Positions 35,536 to 49,576 of a stretch of 64,000 nucleotides of DNA are shown here, one piece after another. The position numbers were made by a program, and so were the translations under genes. A model generated the notes under the pieces. That model had not been told where the DNA came from. It did not search any database and saw nothing but the letters and a program-made list of their open reading frames with translations. The DNA comes from Podarcis melisellensis (lineage: Eukaryota). The number at the start of each line of letters is the position of its first letter. The stretch's first letter is position 1. The stretch is from NCBI GenBank assembly GCA_964234715.1, contig OZ174281.1, one strand, 5' to 3'.

Positions 35536-38500
35536 CAACAAAAGGTCCTTTATGCTGCTGAGCCTACTTGAGCCTAAGGTGATAAAGACCAATCTAACAG
35601 CCTTCCCATATTGTACATCTGATCTTTTAGATGAGTACAACCCCAGCATCTTCGGGTAGGGCCAGGGAGAGAGACCTGGTTGACATCCTGGAGAATTACT
35701 GCCTTTTAGCTGGACAGACCAATGGTCTGACTCAGTATAAGGCTGTCTCATATGTTTTTAGTTTGGCAATAAGCTTTAGAACATTCTTGCCTGTTACCAT
35801 TACCTCAGCTCTGCAAACTCCATTCCTGAAAATGTCGAGGCATGAGTGTCTGCCCAGAGTATCTCTGTTTGGTTTCTTGACCTCTCTGGTTGTTCCATGA
35901 CCAGCTGTTCTTCCTTCCCTGTTCCCATCTTCTCTGCACCTTTATGGGCCTTGCTTTCACTCAGGAAGGCCCAGTCTTTGACATGGCATCCTAATGTTTC
36001 TTCTCCAGCTGTTTTTATGTTAACCAACAAGTAACTTTTCTTCAGAAAGATCATCAGCTCATTTGCCTGCCTTGGTGCAGCCTGATCAACAGCAAGAACG
36101 AAGAGTCCTTCATGAGGGAAATATAATTAAGTCCCAACCTTATATATCACCAGGATATTGCTGGAACATGAAATTGATTTCTCCGAAAGTCAAAGCAGAG
36201 TTAGCATGTTGTTCTGACAGAAGAGCAACTGGAACATGTTTACTTCATGACTCCCTCAGATGGTGTTGGAATACTAGCTCTTACCACACAAGGAAAACCC
36301 CATCTTCTTTACTGTTCAACCTACATCTTCCCCATCCCACCCCCCGCCACATACACTTTTCTAAGGTGATAAACTCAAGGGCAAGAGAGAACAAGCAATA
36401 AGGTGATCTTGTCATGCAGCTCAAGATTTTTAAAGCACATTAACTGTAATTTTTAGTTAGTCATAATTTAGTGAACCATTAAAAGTGACCCAGTTCACTG
36501 AACTGAACTGAACTGAACAGATGGAATTCCACCCTCAGTCTGCTTGACTGGTTTTTTGAACAATGCAAACTCTTCTTTCAAAATCCCCTCCTAAGAGCTT
36601 CATGCAACATTTGGTGGATGCTCTGGTCTCTCTCTCTCTCCTCTTTGGCTCTGCAGTATTATGTAACAAAGAAGACGGCAGATATTATTCACACCCTAAG
36701 ACGCTGCTTGCTTTTTCATTTCCTTCTTTTTCTTTCTTTTTTTTTAAAAACTAGCTCATTTTCTCATGCTATGACTTTACAGTTATAAATTAAATAATTA
36801 ATTAAACAGAAAATGGGCTGCCAGATTCCAGCCCTTTACAAACTACAGCTCTTTTACTATGTTAATGAGACTTCCTTATGCCCATGCATATAAATGTACT
36901 CCAAGGAAGATTTGTCATCCTCCTCACCCTCACACAAGACCCGCCCCCCCTCCCCTCAGACTGGGCAAAAGGGCTGAATTTCTAACCTAGGGCTGTGTGG
37001 CTGTCTTCTCAGTTCCTGTCCATCATTATGCCAGTGCCTCTTTCCAACAAATGATGTCGCAACTTCCAGATATTTCATTAGAGTGTGAATGTGTGCCAGT
37101 GCGATAAACAAAGGGATAAATATTAATCTCCTGCAAAAAGATGCATGCTGCTATTTTCAAGTCGTCTAAAGTATACCAGGGTCTCTTGATAAGGCACACT
37201 GTGTAAGTAGCTAACAAAAATATTGACTTCACTGGTTTGGCTCTTTTTCATACATTTTTCATACAGTTGATACAAGTTACAGTCCAAGCAAAGTACATGG
37301 CAGTGACTGACAGAACCAAAGTGTTTTGCAGTCAAATTTAAAAATAAAAATCTTAGAATATGTGGAGATCATGGGACATGAGTCTGGAAAGACTAGTTGT
37401 GGGACTTTTAAGACATCTACTTTTGTAGTTTTCTACTCTTTTTCCTGTAAAAGTTAACATTCCTGTCAGGTATCCAAAACTGCTATTGCTGTCTATATAC
37501 ATGTTTTATGTGCTAATGGCAATGTGAATTGTTAATAATAAAAGTAAATGGTGTTTTCATTTCAGGGTCAAAAGCATCTCTGGTAGACTCAGAGTGTTCT
37601 TGTTCACCAGAATGCCAATTATGGGTTTCCAGTGTGTCTTCAGGGGAAGATGTGAACATACGGTGGCATGAAAAAGTAAGGCATTATTTGTGCATGTGTG
37701 TAACTACACTTTATGACACACATTTAATTAATTAATTAATTACAAAATAGTTCAGCCATTTCAAGAACATCTCCCCTCCCCAAGTTATATGAAAAACATA
37801 AATTCAATTTAGTGGAAATGTTTTTGAAATATACCAAAAATTTATACGTTTGTGATAGTGTATTATGAAGTATATTCCTTACTGTTTGCATGACAGCAAC
37901 TGAGAGGAAAAGAAGGTGTGTGAGGGCCACATTATATATGATTTCTATTTCATGAGAGTTCTTGAGAAAACATACTGCTTTCCATAAGTCTCAACAAATC
38001 AACAATTACTGTACTGTATATGCTGTTCCACTAGTAGTTAGGATTAGGTAGCAACAGCCATACTATCTACCATTGAAGGAAATGAAATATGGGAGAGAGT
38101 CTCTTCTCTGAAAAAGCAGGGTAGCCAGTATCCCTTCAGTTCCCATCACTCTCAGCTGCAGAATACAGACAGACATTTTTAGGTGTGTCTATACAACCAG
38201 CAAGCATAGTTCCCAGACTGAGGCAGGAGAAACAGGCAAAGTGGCACCAATACCACTACACACATCAAGTAGATGATAGTATCAAGAAATCTCTGGTGTT
38301 TGTACTAATCTTCTATGCAGAACCCATAATGTGGCTAAGCACTGGAATATACTGAAAGGGTAACTTATAGAAAAGCCCCCTGTGGGGGCTAGTGGCTGAT
38401 GCAAATAAAGATTCTTCTGATCTGATTCCACTGAACTCAGTGGCACTTATTTTTTTAGTATGCACATTTAGGATTGTGCTGTTAAGCTATATTTTTAACT

Positions 38501-38894
38501 GTGCTTGGATAAGTCAAGTCTCGGGCTTTACAAGTAACAAGTAACCCCTGTCAAGAACTATACTTTAGTTGTACTTTAACATACAGTAATTGATACACTA
38601 TCAAAAAGCGCCAAGGAGCTTGATATTAGGATTGGAAACACAATATTCTGTCAAAACAATTGTGATGATTTGCAAACTGCCAGTCAATTTGCACAATTAT
38701 CACCTTCATTCCAGTAAAATGGAAAAAGGTCTACAGAAGTGGGTTCCAGTTATTGTTTTTTTGGATTCCTAGGGGTCCACACAACCCACCCAAGGAGTCC
38801 ACGGCACCATTCACAAAATAAAAACTATCATAGAGATATCAAAAGTTTCAAAAGTAGGAGGTCCATGGCTTGGCTTTTTGAAGAATATGGGGTC

Positions 38895-39039
38895 CAGTGG
38901 CGTAGCGTGGGGGTGCAGGGGGGGCCGGCTGCACCGGGCGCAACATCTGGGGGTTAGGGTTAGGGGCGCAAATCCACAGGTTAGGGGGCGCAAATTACTT
39001 GCCTTGCCCCGGGTGCTGACAACCCACGCTACGCAACTG
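38895..39039. mobile_element. Young 145-bp hAT MITE carrying TTAGGG units
   Basis: TIRs CAGTGGCGTAGCGTGGG / CCCACGCTACGCAACTG. Perfect 8-bp TSD atggggtc at 38887-38894 and 39040-39047. Confidence 0.92.
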
Positions 39040-41906
39040 ATGGGGTCTGCAGTACTTGGCTAATTGGGAACCACTGGTCTTCAGCAAAGTGGGTCTACTG
39101 TTGAGTATCAGGCTGCCAGGTTCCTTTCTTAGCACAGCAGTTAAATCCCTCTCTCATTTAATAAAATATTGGCTCAGTAGACCCAGAGAATTCCCTAAGA
39201 ACTTCCTACAAATTATAAAGCACCATCCTACTTTGCATATAGCATGTGATTTCCCTAGCATCTCACCATTCAAAACAAAACAAGAGACACTCCTTCATCC
39301 CAGAAGGAAGCAGCTGTATTCCAGTCAGAAAGCTGTTCCACATGTTACATAACAGCATACCCAATTTGCTACCACAAGTACACTCAGTGGGGAGTCACAG
39401 CCAATCATGGCTGTTTGATTGGTGTACCTGCATGATACATGTGTTTACTCCATTCACACTTTCTGTTTTGTAGAAACGCTTCACATGTCACTTTTAAAAT
39501 CTCCACCTGAGACTTAGGTGAACAATTAAAATGTAATGTGATGTGTGTCCCTAAGCAGATTTGGTGCAGTTGGCCTCCCATTCAAGTGAATCTTAAAACT
39601 CCCCAAGATATTGTCTCTGGAGTGACCCCAACACACCATGCTTAGGGACTAGCAGAATCCTCAGCCCACTCTATCAGTTCCATCATCAGATTGTGCCCTG
39701 CTAATGCACAGACAACCCATTCTTTGCCTCTCCAATTCAGTTTCATTAGGATAAATTTAACAGAATAAAAATAGGCAAAAACCAAACAATAATATTAGGA
39801 TTTGGAGAAGTCACATAAAACCAACCCAGTAAGGCTTTTAATAAGCACAACAATTATATAGCACTAATTAATACTGGAAGAGACTACACCCTATTAATAT
39901 TATTATTGTTATTTTATTTATTAGGTCTGCTTTAAAAGAGATGAATATAAATCTTTGCAATATAAAATTCCTTGTTTTACTAAGAGGAGTTTTAATCAGA
40001 TGAATGGACTTGTATGTACTAGTTAACTTTGCTGGAGTTTAGTCGTTGTATTTAAAGCAGATTTTATCCTAGAGTGATATTAATTTGATAGGATCCCTGA
40101 TCTGTAAACCATTGGTTATCTTGGTCTCTCCTGATAAGAAAAANNNNNNNNNNNNNNNNNNNNNNNNNNNNNNNNNNNNNNNNNNNNNNNNNNNNNNNNN
40201 NNNNNNNNNNNNNNNNNNNNNNNNNNNNNNNNNNNNNNNNNNNNNNNNNNNNNNNNNNNNNNNNNNNNNNNNNNNNNNNNNNNNNNNNNNNNNNNNNNNN
40301 NNNNNNNNNNNNNNNNNNNNNNNNNNNNNNNNNNNNNNNNNNNNNNNNNNNNNNNACTAAGGTCTTAAATATTTCTTAGACTGCTTTTAAAAGATTCATA
40401 GTGCAGCAGCACCTAGATCACATCTTCCCACCCTACTGAAAACCCTGAAATTCTCTGCAAGACACCATTAAGCACAAAAGGAGTGAAAGGGGGTGCGGGA
40501 GGAACCTGAAACTGCACACTTACACTACAGGGGCAAACAGAGCAAATTTTATTTATTAATCAGTATTTTATTTCTTAAATGCAAAACTCAGATGAACAAC
40601 TGGATAGTACCTTGCTTTTTTAGGAAGGTCCACTTAAGGAATGCTTCCACATGTGAATTTTCACATGTGGCTATAACCAGTGGATAGGGAATAACATATA
40701 ATCTTTTCTTTTGCTGCCACATGTGATTAATACACATGTACCTATTTTGCCCTTTGAAAATATAGTAAGTGGCCTTGCATTTTTATGTTGTGCACAGAAA
40801 GCAAAAAGGGGACATGTGATAGGACGTATGTGGGGTTCATACCATTTCTTATATGGAAGTTAGATCCATGTATGTTCAAAGTAGCACATGTGCTAAGACC
40901 TGTGGTTTTTTGAATCGCCTATAACAGTCCTGCATTAACTCACATCATCAATACATGTATGACAAAAAATGATTGAAGGGTGGTTTTTAAAAAGCAGGTA
41001 ATATAAATCATAATGCACAATAAACAGAAGCATTAAAACAAAACAGAAACAATAAAATAATTCACATAAGGCACATAATTAACAACAAAATGACATTTGT
41101 ATACAGAACTACAAAATACTGTACCCATTATCTTTTCTCTTTAGTAGCTTGAAGAAGCTTAGTTAATTTAGTTTAGTTTAAAGTGATTTACAAAAAATAA
41201 TAAAAAATGCAAAATTACATAGTAAAATACCCATAAAACAATACAAAAGTGTTCTTGCAAAATCACCTAAAACAAGAATGTCTGCCTCCAACCAACACAA
41301 AATTAGCAAATTATTGTCTTTTGTTCATAAGATTGTTTATTCTGAAATTCATGGTATATTCAGGATAAAGGGCAGGGGGTGCACTTTGCCAAGAGCTGTC
41401 TTCAAAGCTGGGGTAGATGTTTTTGCAGCTGTCTGCAGAGCCAGTGTGCCCAACAGTCAAGCCAGCCAACCACTTAATTTCAACAGAGTGTCTTCCTTAA
41501 AGTGTCACAAAGGCATTTCAGAACAGGCTGTGGGCTCTTGTGGAAATAGCAGGTGCAGTATTCTGAGCCTGAATGTTTATGTTCTGGAGAAAGCATAACA
41601 GACAGTTTTTGTGACACATATAAAGGTGGGTACAAAGTGCACTACTTAGTCTCACTAACTAAGCTGTCTAAGATAAACTGTTGCTTTGCCTGCAAACCTT
41701 GGGGCTAATTCAAATGGCCAAAGGCCGGTGACAGATTATTTCCCCCCCAGATATTTAAGCAGGTAAAAGCTGCTTGTTGTGTGTATTTCTATCCCACTTT
41801 TGTTACTGGTGAACAGATTTTGCTAGTTTGTGCTGTGCTGGAAAACATGGAAAGCCTGTTAGAACCAGAGGAAATGCCCCTGGCCAGTCTCTCGCAACTA
41901 CTATGG

Positions 41907-42042
41907 CAGCCTCTCCCAACCTGATGCCCTTCAGATGTTTTGCACTGCAACTTCCATCAGCCCCAGCCACCATGGGCAATGGCCAGGAATTATTGGAGCC
42001 ACAGTCCAACAATATCTGGACAGCAGTTTGTGGGAGATTTTC
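41907..42042. mobile_element. Palindromic hAT-type MITE
   Basis: cccaacctgatgcccttcagatgtttt...ccagccccagcc...caatatctgga...gggag; same family core. Confidence 0.6.
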
Positions 42043-42374
42043 CTATGCAGTAGTATCTTTGACATCAGCCAGCCCCTGAGTCATCTGCAGCTCCTTCAGC
42101 CCTTTCTTTCTGGAAAGAAGAGTCTAGAACATGACTCTATCATCAACTCCTAAGGACTAGAAGACTCAAGGGTAGGGAAGCCCATACCCCGAAGACATAT
42201 GTGGCCCTCCGGGCCTTTCTTGTAAGCCCTTGGCAATTTCCCCAGGCCATGTTTCCTCTCCCTAGACTACCCCTTCCACCAGCCCTGGCTTGGTGGAGAA
42301 TAGAGGAGAGAGGTGGGGTGTGCAGAAACCTCTGGTTTTATATGGCTGGAGTGAACCCTACTGTACAAAAGTGA

Positions 42375-42666
42375 GGGCTTAGCCACACTTAAATTTCCTT
42401 TGCTCATTCCAGGCATGTTCTGCTTGCATGTCTGAACACTCTTTTTTTATTTGCCCTGGAGCTTTCCCCATGAAAACCTGCTCTTTTGCACTCAATAGGA
42501 ACAAATGTCAACCTGTGGAAAACTCAGATTTTCTGCTAAAAACCCAAGGAGCCGGTTTTTGGAGGGAAAACTCTGGGGCAGGAAGGAAGCACGCACAGAC
42601 CTAAAGCTTTGAAGCACAAGCCTGTGCCTGGAAACAGCGGGACAAAAGGTAAGTGTGGATAAGCCC
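42375..42666. mobile_element. PIF/Harbinger-like MITE nested in an older hAT-like element (~42168-42720)
   Basis: TIRs GGGCTTAGCCACACTTA / TAAGTGTGGATAAGCCC (16/17), flanked by tga / taa. Confidence 0.7.
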
Positions 42667-44181
42667 TAAGAGCCCGCATATTTTTGCTTCTGGCCACACC
42701 TGTCATCACTTGCAGTCACTTTGCAGTCATTGAGGAAATGTGGGCAGCATTGCAAGCTGACTTGGTCCAATATCCTGTCTGTCCCGTGCACTTAATATAC
42801 AGAGCAATTCCTCTACTGCAAAGTCCACAAACATATTAGCAATGTACATGCTGCAGTCTTTGTTTTCTACTTGCCTTCCAGTTTTAAAAAAGGAATCTAA
42901 TCTTGAAACCTTTACTCGCCCTTTAGTTTCATGTGCCTATTATCCCCGCCTACTTGTATCTAATTTTCTGGTTTTTCCTGGAGCGTTGTGAAAGTCATTA
43001 TGACATGTAATCAGTGATTGAGTTGCTCTTCTTCAGGAAACCAAGTGTTGCTGAGCATTACAATCTACATTATTATTTTTGTTATTATAACTGGGATAGA
43101 TGTATCTGAAGTCTATATTCCCAAGAATTATGCTGTTGGTCATTTTTCAGCTTGGCTAAAATGTTATTACTGCAACAAAAGACCAAAATTGCATGTGCAT
43201 TTAACCCACAAAATCATGTTGTGTTCTGTCTGATTGCTGGGGTGGGGTGGCTATCACTATGGGCTTGCCTTGAAGCAATCCTGATCACAAAGCAATCCTG
43301 ATCGACAAAGAAACTCTCTTCACTGAGGATGAGTTGTGGATGTTTCCTCAATGGGATTTATGGTTAGGAATTAGCCAGACTCTCTCAAGTGTTTGGAATG
43401 GGAGAGCCATTAGACCTTGAGAAAACTCATATTTTCTGCAGTCAAAGAGGGATTGTAGTTCGGGGACAAGGCAGATTAAGGGCGAAAGAACTGAGTTTTG
43501 AGTCACTAACTGGAGGCAACTTGGGGTGTAGGTCTTTTGCTCTCTGAAGATCTCGTGCAGGACTGCTGAACTACTGCTTTTGCTGATTCCTTCATTTTTG
43601 TGCTACTTGTAAACAATTCAAATATTACAAAAACACGTAACAACCTCAGTGATCTCCCCTTCCAAAGGACATCAGACTCAAGTAGTGCTGTACTAGAACG
43701 TCTTATTCCTCAGGAAAGTGGGGAACATGTGACAGTACCTTGTCCTTATGTATGCATGATGCTCTGCTCCACACCTTGCATACATAAATTTACATTCATA
43801 GAATTTAGTGTGTTAAATGTGCACATCAAGTCTACTCGACCTGCACATAATTATTTATTCTGTGTCTTACCATCTGAATAACTTTCTAAACTGAAGAACC
43901 TTTTGTACATCAGGGTATGTCTCCACTGCATAATTCCCTACTCATATTGTTGATTTCAGCATGTATTTGTGAGAACAGAAACTTTTCCTTGTGAGAAAAC
44001 CCTGTTCTGATAATTTCACTATTGCACAGTATGGTTGCTTAACTTGTTGGCAACTGGATTGCATTTGCAAGAAAAAATCCTAACCAGTGGAAGTTAGGCT
44101 CACCCAGCTATGAGCATCACATAACTTCTAGGATTAATATATTATTATATCTGTAGGCAGAGGCTTTGCTGCTATTATACA

Positions 44182-44527
44182 GTAAAGGGAAAAGTAAAGG
44201 GATCCCTGACCATTAGGTCCAGTCATGACCAACTCTGGAGTTGCGGCGCTCATTTCACTTTATTGGCCAAGGGAGCCAGTGTACAGCTTCCGGGTCATGT
44301 GGCCAGCATGACTAAGCCGCTTCTGGCGAACCAGAGCAGCACACGGAAACGCTGTTTATTTTCCTGCCGGAGCGGTACCTATTTATCTACTTGCACTTTG
44401 ATGTGCTTTCGAACTGCTAGGTTGGCAGGAGCAGGGACAGAGCAACAGGAGCTCAACACATTGCGGGGATTCAAACCGCCAACCTTCTGATCGGCAAGCC
44501 CTAGTCTCTGTGGTTTAACCTACAGTG
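44182..44527 (-). mobile_element. Sauria (Squam1) SINE, slightly 5'-truncated
   Basis: Reverse-complement match to the copy at 15603-15967 along its length. Confidence 0.92.
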
Positions 44528-46367
44528 GTGAGGGGCAATTTCATCTTTCTGCGGTCTTGGACAGTTTTGAATGCAGTAACTCAGTGGCTACTGCAGTTTC
44601 TAAATGTGTTTTCTTGAAATGCCATGTGTAAAATGGGCATTAAGTTCAGAGCTATAGTGAAGTTCAGATAGAACAGATTCCCATTTTACATATGCTGACC
44701 CACGCTCATGGGATGCTTTCCAATGAAACCAATCACACATGTAATGAATGTGTGGAGGTAGAAGCAAGAACCAAGAAGGTACCCACTCCACCATGTCCTC
44801 CTGTGCCTGCCGGCTACACCCCTGCAGTTCCGCATTCAGCATTGGTGAGAAAGGTACCTTACACACTGACAGCTGTACACACCTAGGACTTTGCCCAGTT
44901 AGAACCTCATATCGGATAGTGGAGACTCCCACTGAGAGCAAATATGAGAGACAATCCATACAGAACTTGAAGGGATGATATGAGAAATAAATTGGGCGAT
45001 GTTGAAATAGAAGGGCATTTCCATTTGGAAGAAAATATGGCTCATAATTCAAGAAGGAAATACATTGCCCATGGAAAGCTTTTAAGGTGTGACATTTGTT
45101 GTGTTTTAGTATATTCTGTTGGAAGCAGCCAAGAGTGGTTGGGGCAACCCAGTCAGATGGGCAGACTATAAAAACACGTTGTTGTTGTTGTTGTTGTTAA
45201 TTTGCTTTTGAATGAGTCTGAGGATGAAAATGGGATGTAACAGAATGTTATATATTTGTGTAATGTTTTCCTGCGACTTTGACAGAAAGTCTTTAGAAGG
45301 GAAATTGAATCCCTACCCCACTCTGTGTACTTGTACACCTCTGATGGTTTGAATCCAGCCAGTAGTTACTAATAGCAACACTCACTACCTCTATATTTAA
45401 GCGACAAGGAAGCAATTTTATTTAATTTCCTGCCATAAAACCTTTGCAAGTGTTATAAAACCAATATAGTATTTAAAGATGACACAACAATGGGATAGGG
45501 GCAGTAATAATGCTGTTGATTCACTGCCTACTCTCTTCAAAACGCAGCCATGTGAAGAATCTCGGGGGGGGGGGGAGAGAATTTGGACTTAGGATGTGGT
45601 GAGCTGCCTTCCTTACCACACAACCAGAGGTCCACACAGCAAGGAAAACATGCAGATACATTTGAACAGTCTGCTGGGAGAACAAAGCAATTGGCAACAC
45701 ATGGTCTGGCTTTCTGTCAGGTTGTCTTGGCCATGGTGATGACTGAAGAACAGATCTTTTGGGTGGGCAAAGCCAATAGGCAGGAGCAGCCAATAAATTA
45801 GAGCACTAAGATGACATACATGACATTGTTGTCTTCAGTGAGTCAAAGAAGGCATGTGTTATTTGTAAGCAGCTGCATGCAATATTATTCATCATCATTG
45901 TCTATTTGTATGCTGCCTTTCCACCATTAAACCATGCCCAAGGCTGTTTACAACATGAAATTTTTTACATAATTACAAAAATAGAACAAAAGTACAGTAG
46001 TCATAAGCAATAAACAAAAAAAAAATAAGTATCCAATAAAATTAAACAGTCCCCACATAAGTCATAGTAAGTTCTAACAATAAAGATACAGTACAAGAAA
46101 TACTAATAACAGTGAAAATTAAGCATCTCCAAAATTAAATATTTTCTCCAACAAAGAACAAACCCTGAACAGTATTCTACCCCAAGAGTCTCTAGGCATC
46201 CTGAACAGAATACACAGCAAAGGTGGTCTCTGGCCTCTTCAGCAGCCTCAGCTTTTGTAGCTGGAGTCAGTCAGTCAGGACCCTTCACTGCCAGGCCAGG
46301 TGGAAAGAGACTAACAAGGTAGAGAGCAGGTCTTGCAAGACTCACAGCAATAATCAAAAGGTATGAG

Positions 46368-46432
46368 GGCACTGCATGGGGTTTGACTAGATGACCCTTG
46401 GGATCCCTTCCAAGTCTACAATTCTATGATTA
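46368..46432 (+). mobile_element. CR1-type 3' terminus
   Basis: gactagatgacccttgggatcccttccaagtctacaattctatgatt with the CR1 octamer ATTCTATG. Confidence 0.8.
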
Positions 46433-48872
46433 TATTATTACAATGTTGTCTCAATGTCAGTGAAGGGAGAGGAACAGGAGAAATGCTCAAAAAGTTTGCA
46501 GAAGCCCTTGGCGCCAAGAAGAAAGGGTAGCACATCAGTGATAGATCTCTGTCCTTATTTTGTATGCCTCATGATGCCCTAGGCATGGTCTGGCACTGCT
46601 GAAATTGCACTGGCTTGCTATACCATGTGACACACCATCAAAAGTACTCCACATATTTAACCAGTTAATGGTTCACTAAGTAGTGTGACTTTCAAGGGCA
46701 GAACCAGGAATTTGTGATTTGTTAAGCATCTCTCCACTGACACCTCCCTACATAAAAAGTGACAGGTGACAACTGGCTTTCTTGCTGGTTAGTTTACAGG
46801 TGTATGTTCATTGGTGGGTAGGCAGTGTCCAGATGTTCTCTTACTGACAGATATTTTCCATGGTAAGAATGCACTTCATGTTTTTAAATGCCCTTGATAC
46901 TGGGTGAAAAGCAAGTCCTAATTCCCGAAGCCTTGGGATCTGTAAATTGTTCTGTTTTAGTCACCAATTGTTCTTGTCATTGCCCTTTCAGAGAAGACCT
47001 TTGTATGTCATCATGTTGCAATGTAAGGTAAGGCAAAGCAGTTGCCCTAGATTCTGGTCTCTTGAGTGCTGTGGCTTAACTTTCATCTGCTAATGTGCTT
47101 TCACTCTCACTGTTTCTGCCCTTTTAACTTTTCCCTTCTTCAGTAAATATAGAGGGATGTGCTCGCAGAAAGCCTCTTAGAATAGCATTTTCTGCAGCAA
47201 AATGTATTCTTTTCTTACTTTTTCTTTTTGTGCATCATTATCTTCCCAGTCTCCAGTCTGTTAAGCATGTAGACAACATTATTTTCAAAGGTAGAAAAAT
47301 ACAAGTAAAAACAAACAAACAAAGTTGGTAGGGGCATCTTAAAGAATTATCTACTCACTGCAATGCAAGCTTTGCAAGCAAGGGTCTGCTTTATCAAGTG
47401 GACAATGAAGGTGCTTGTATGTGTGCATATACTGTATAAGGTGAAGACCAGTGCTGTGTTCCACTTATGGCATGGCTCTTCATCCGGCAAAGAGGTCTGA
47501 AGGGCAGGTGATCTGTGCTGATTCCCCCTGCAGCACCCAGTAGTGGCCAATATGGTGGGGTGCCACTGCTCACCTGATCTCCAGTCGGTCATATTTCTAC
47601 TGAAAATGCACCTGAGAGCCAATCCAATGTTCCTGCCAGTGCATTTCCACTGCACCAACCTCCTTACCATCTCTTCCCTGCCCCTCTACCTCCCGGTAAG
47701 CTGCAGGGCAATATGACATACTAGAGGTTAGGTAAGCAGTGGCATCTTATCACACCATCTCCTACTAGCAGCATCCACACAACATTCTACATTGTTTTGT
47801 AGGGTCCTCCTACATCCTGGAAGAGATTTTTCTACCACAAGCCAGAAGGAAGAATCAGCACAGGGCACTGCTGAAATTTGAAAGCCCAAAAGACACCACT
47901 CCCAGGCACATGGTCATTCAACCACTAATAAAAAGCTAACTGATGTTCACTTAAGTGTTTTCATGCCTTTCCCTACTATCTTAATATCGTGGGGTGGGTC
48001 CAGGAAGGGGTTGAAGTAAGGACACACCTGCAATGGTTGCCTATACAAGACAAACAGAAGAAGCAAAAAAGATTGTGTGCTAGGCTTGGAGATTGCAAAC
48101 AAAGGATTATCAAAGTCAAGAGGACTACCAGAATTAAAATATAGGGCAGCATATATCACATTTCAATCACAGCTTTTTTAAAAAACTAATTGTGGCAAAA
48201 CAGTTTAGTCCATTGTTCTGAGTGCTGCACCTTTCGTACAAAAAAAATCAAAATGATTCAAGAACACTGGTAGTCTAATTTAGGTGGTCACAGCACAGTG
48301 AAACATTAAAAGGAATACAGTTCACTGGACTGAATCGGACTGAAAGAGTGGAATTCAACCCTCCATATGCTTGAGCAGTCTGCATCATGCCAAACTTTCT
48401 ATTACCATTCCTCTCAAATGCCTGTGTCTCAGAGTTGAAGGGAAACTACAGACCCATTACTGAGCTCCCAACAGCATGATCATACAATGCAAGAAGCACT
48501 TTAATGAGTGGGGAAAAAAGAGTGAAATGTCTTTTTTGCAAAGTTTTTGCTAATGCTGTTTGGGATCATTGAGGCTTGTGCAGTAAATATTAATCTTGCT
48601 AGAAGCCGATACCATTTGTGACCCTAGCAAAGAAGAAACTGTTAAAGAGCAAGTGTATAGTCTGCATTAATGATTATTAGAATAATGAACTTTTAGGGAC
48701 AACATTTCATTTGGGCCTGTAACTGGTTCATACTTGTACCCACTTCATTCTCTTTCTTTGACCTTTTGTAAGAGCAACAGCTTTTTGTGGACTGCATAAG
48801 CTGTGAACTCATTTGCAAAATGTTATATGCATCTAACAGCTAGTTATATAAAGCTAGGGTTTTTTTAAAACC

Positions 48873-48985
48873 CAGTGCTATTTTTCTAGAAAAATAGCCA
48901 CAAACACCTCCCTTGCTCTCTTATAATGGCAATGGCACCCACCTGAGAGATGCCGGAACTGTGTTCCAGCTCAAAAAAAGCCCTG
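48873..48985. mobile_element. Short hAT MITE
   Basis: TIRs CAGTGCTATTTTT / AAAAAAAGCCCTG; related to 54085-54229. Confidence 0.65.
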
Positions 48986-49576
48986 TTTATATCCATTAGA
49001 GGCTCTGATGCCATATCAACTTTAGCTACAACGGCAAAAACAGGGCAGTCTTTCAGACAGAGGCTTGCTAGTGATAAGGAAAACCACAGCCATAGAAGAC
49101 AAAGTTGGTGTCTCTGGATGAACATTCTGGTGGTGTCATTAAAAATACTTTATTCTTAAGAATTGTCATCATGACTAGAAATGGAGAAAAGTTGGGAGAA
49201 GTTAAACAAGCAAATTCTGTTGAGGGACAGGGAGCTGTTTTTCCATTATTCCTAATGAGAAAACTAATGCTCAGTTTTTGCAACATATCCCTTCATGTAG
49301 CTTCTGAGGTCGAACATGTTCTACTAAATTCCCTTATCCCTCCTCTGCTATCATTTTTAAAACATCCACTGGAGGAATCAGGATTGAGACAATGGTTGTT
49401 TTAACCCTTTCTGCCTGTGTGATGGTCCCAACAAAAATCCATGCAAATATTTATCTTCCCATAGAGGGAAGCTGCTTTTTACTCTTTTCAGAAGCTGTAA
49501 TACATCTGATAGTAATAGTCAGGCAGGTGGAAGGTGACAGAGGTGTATAACATATGCATGTACTTTTAAGAGAATA

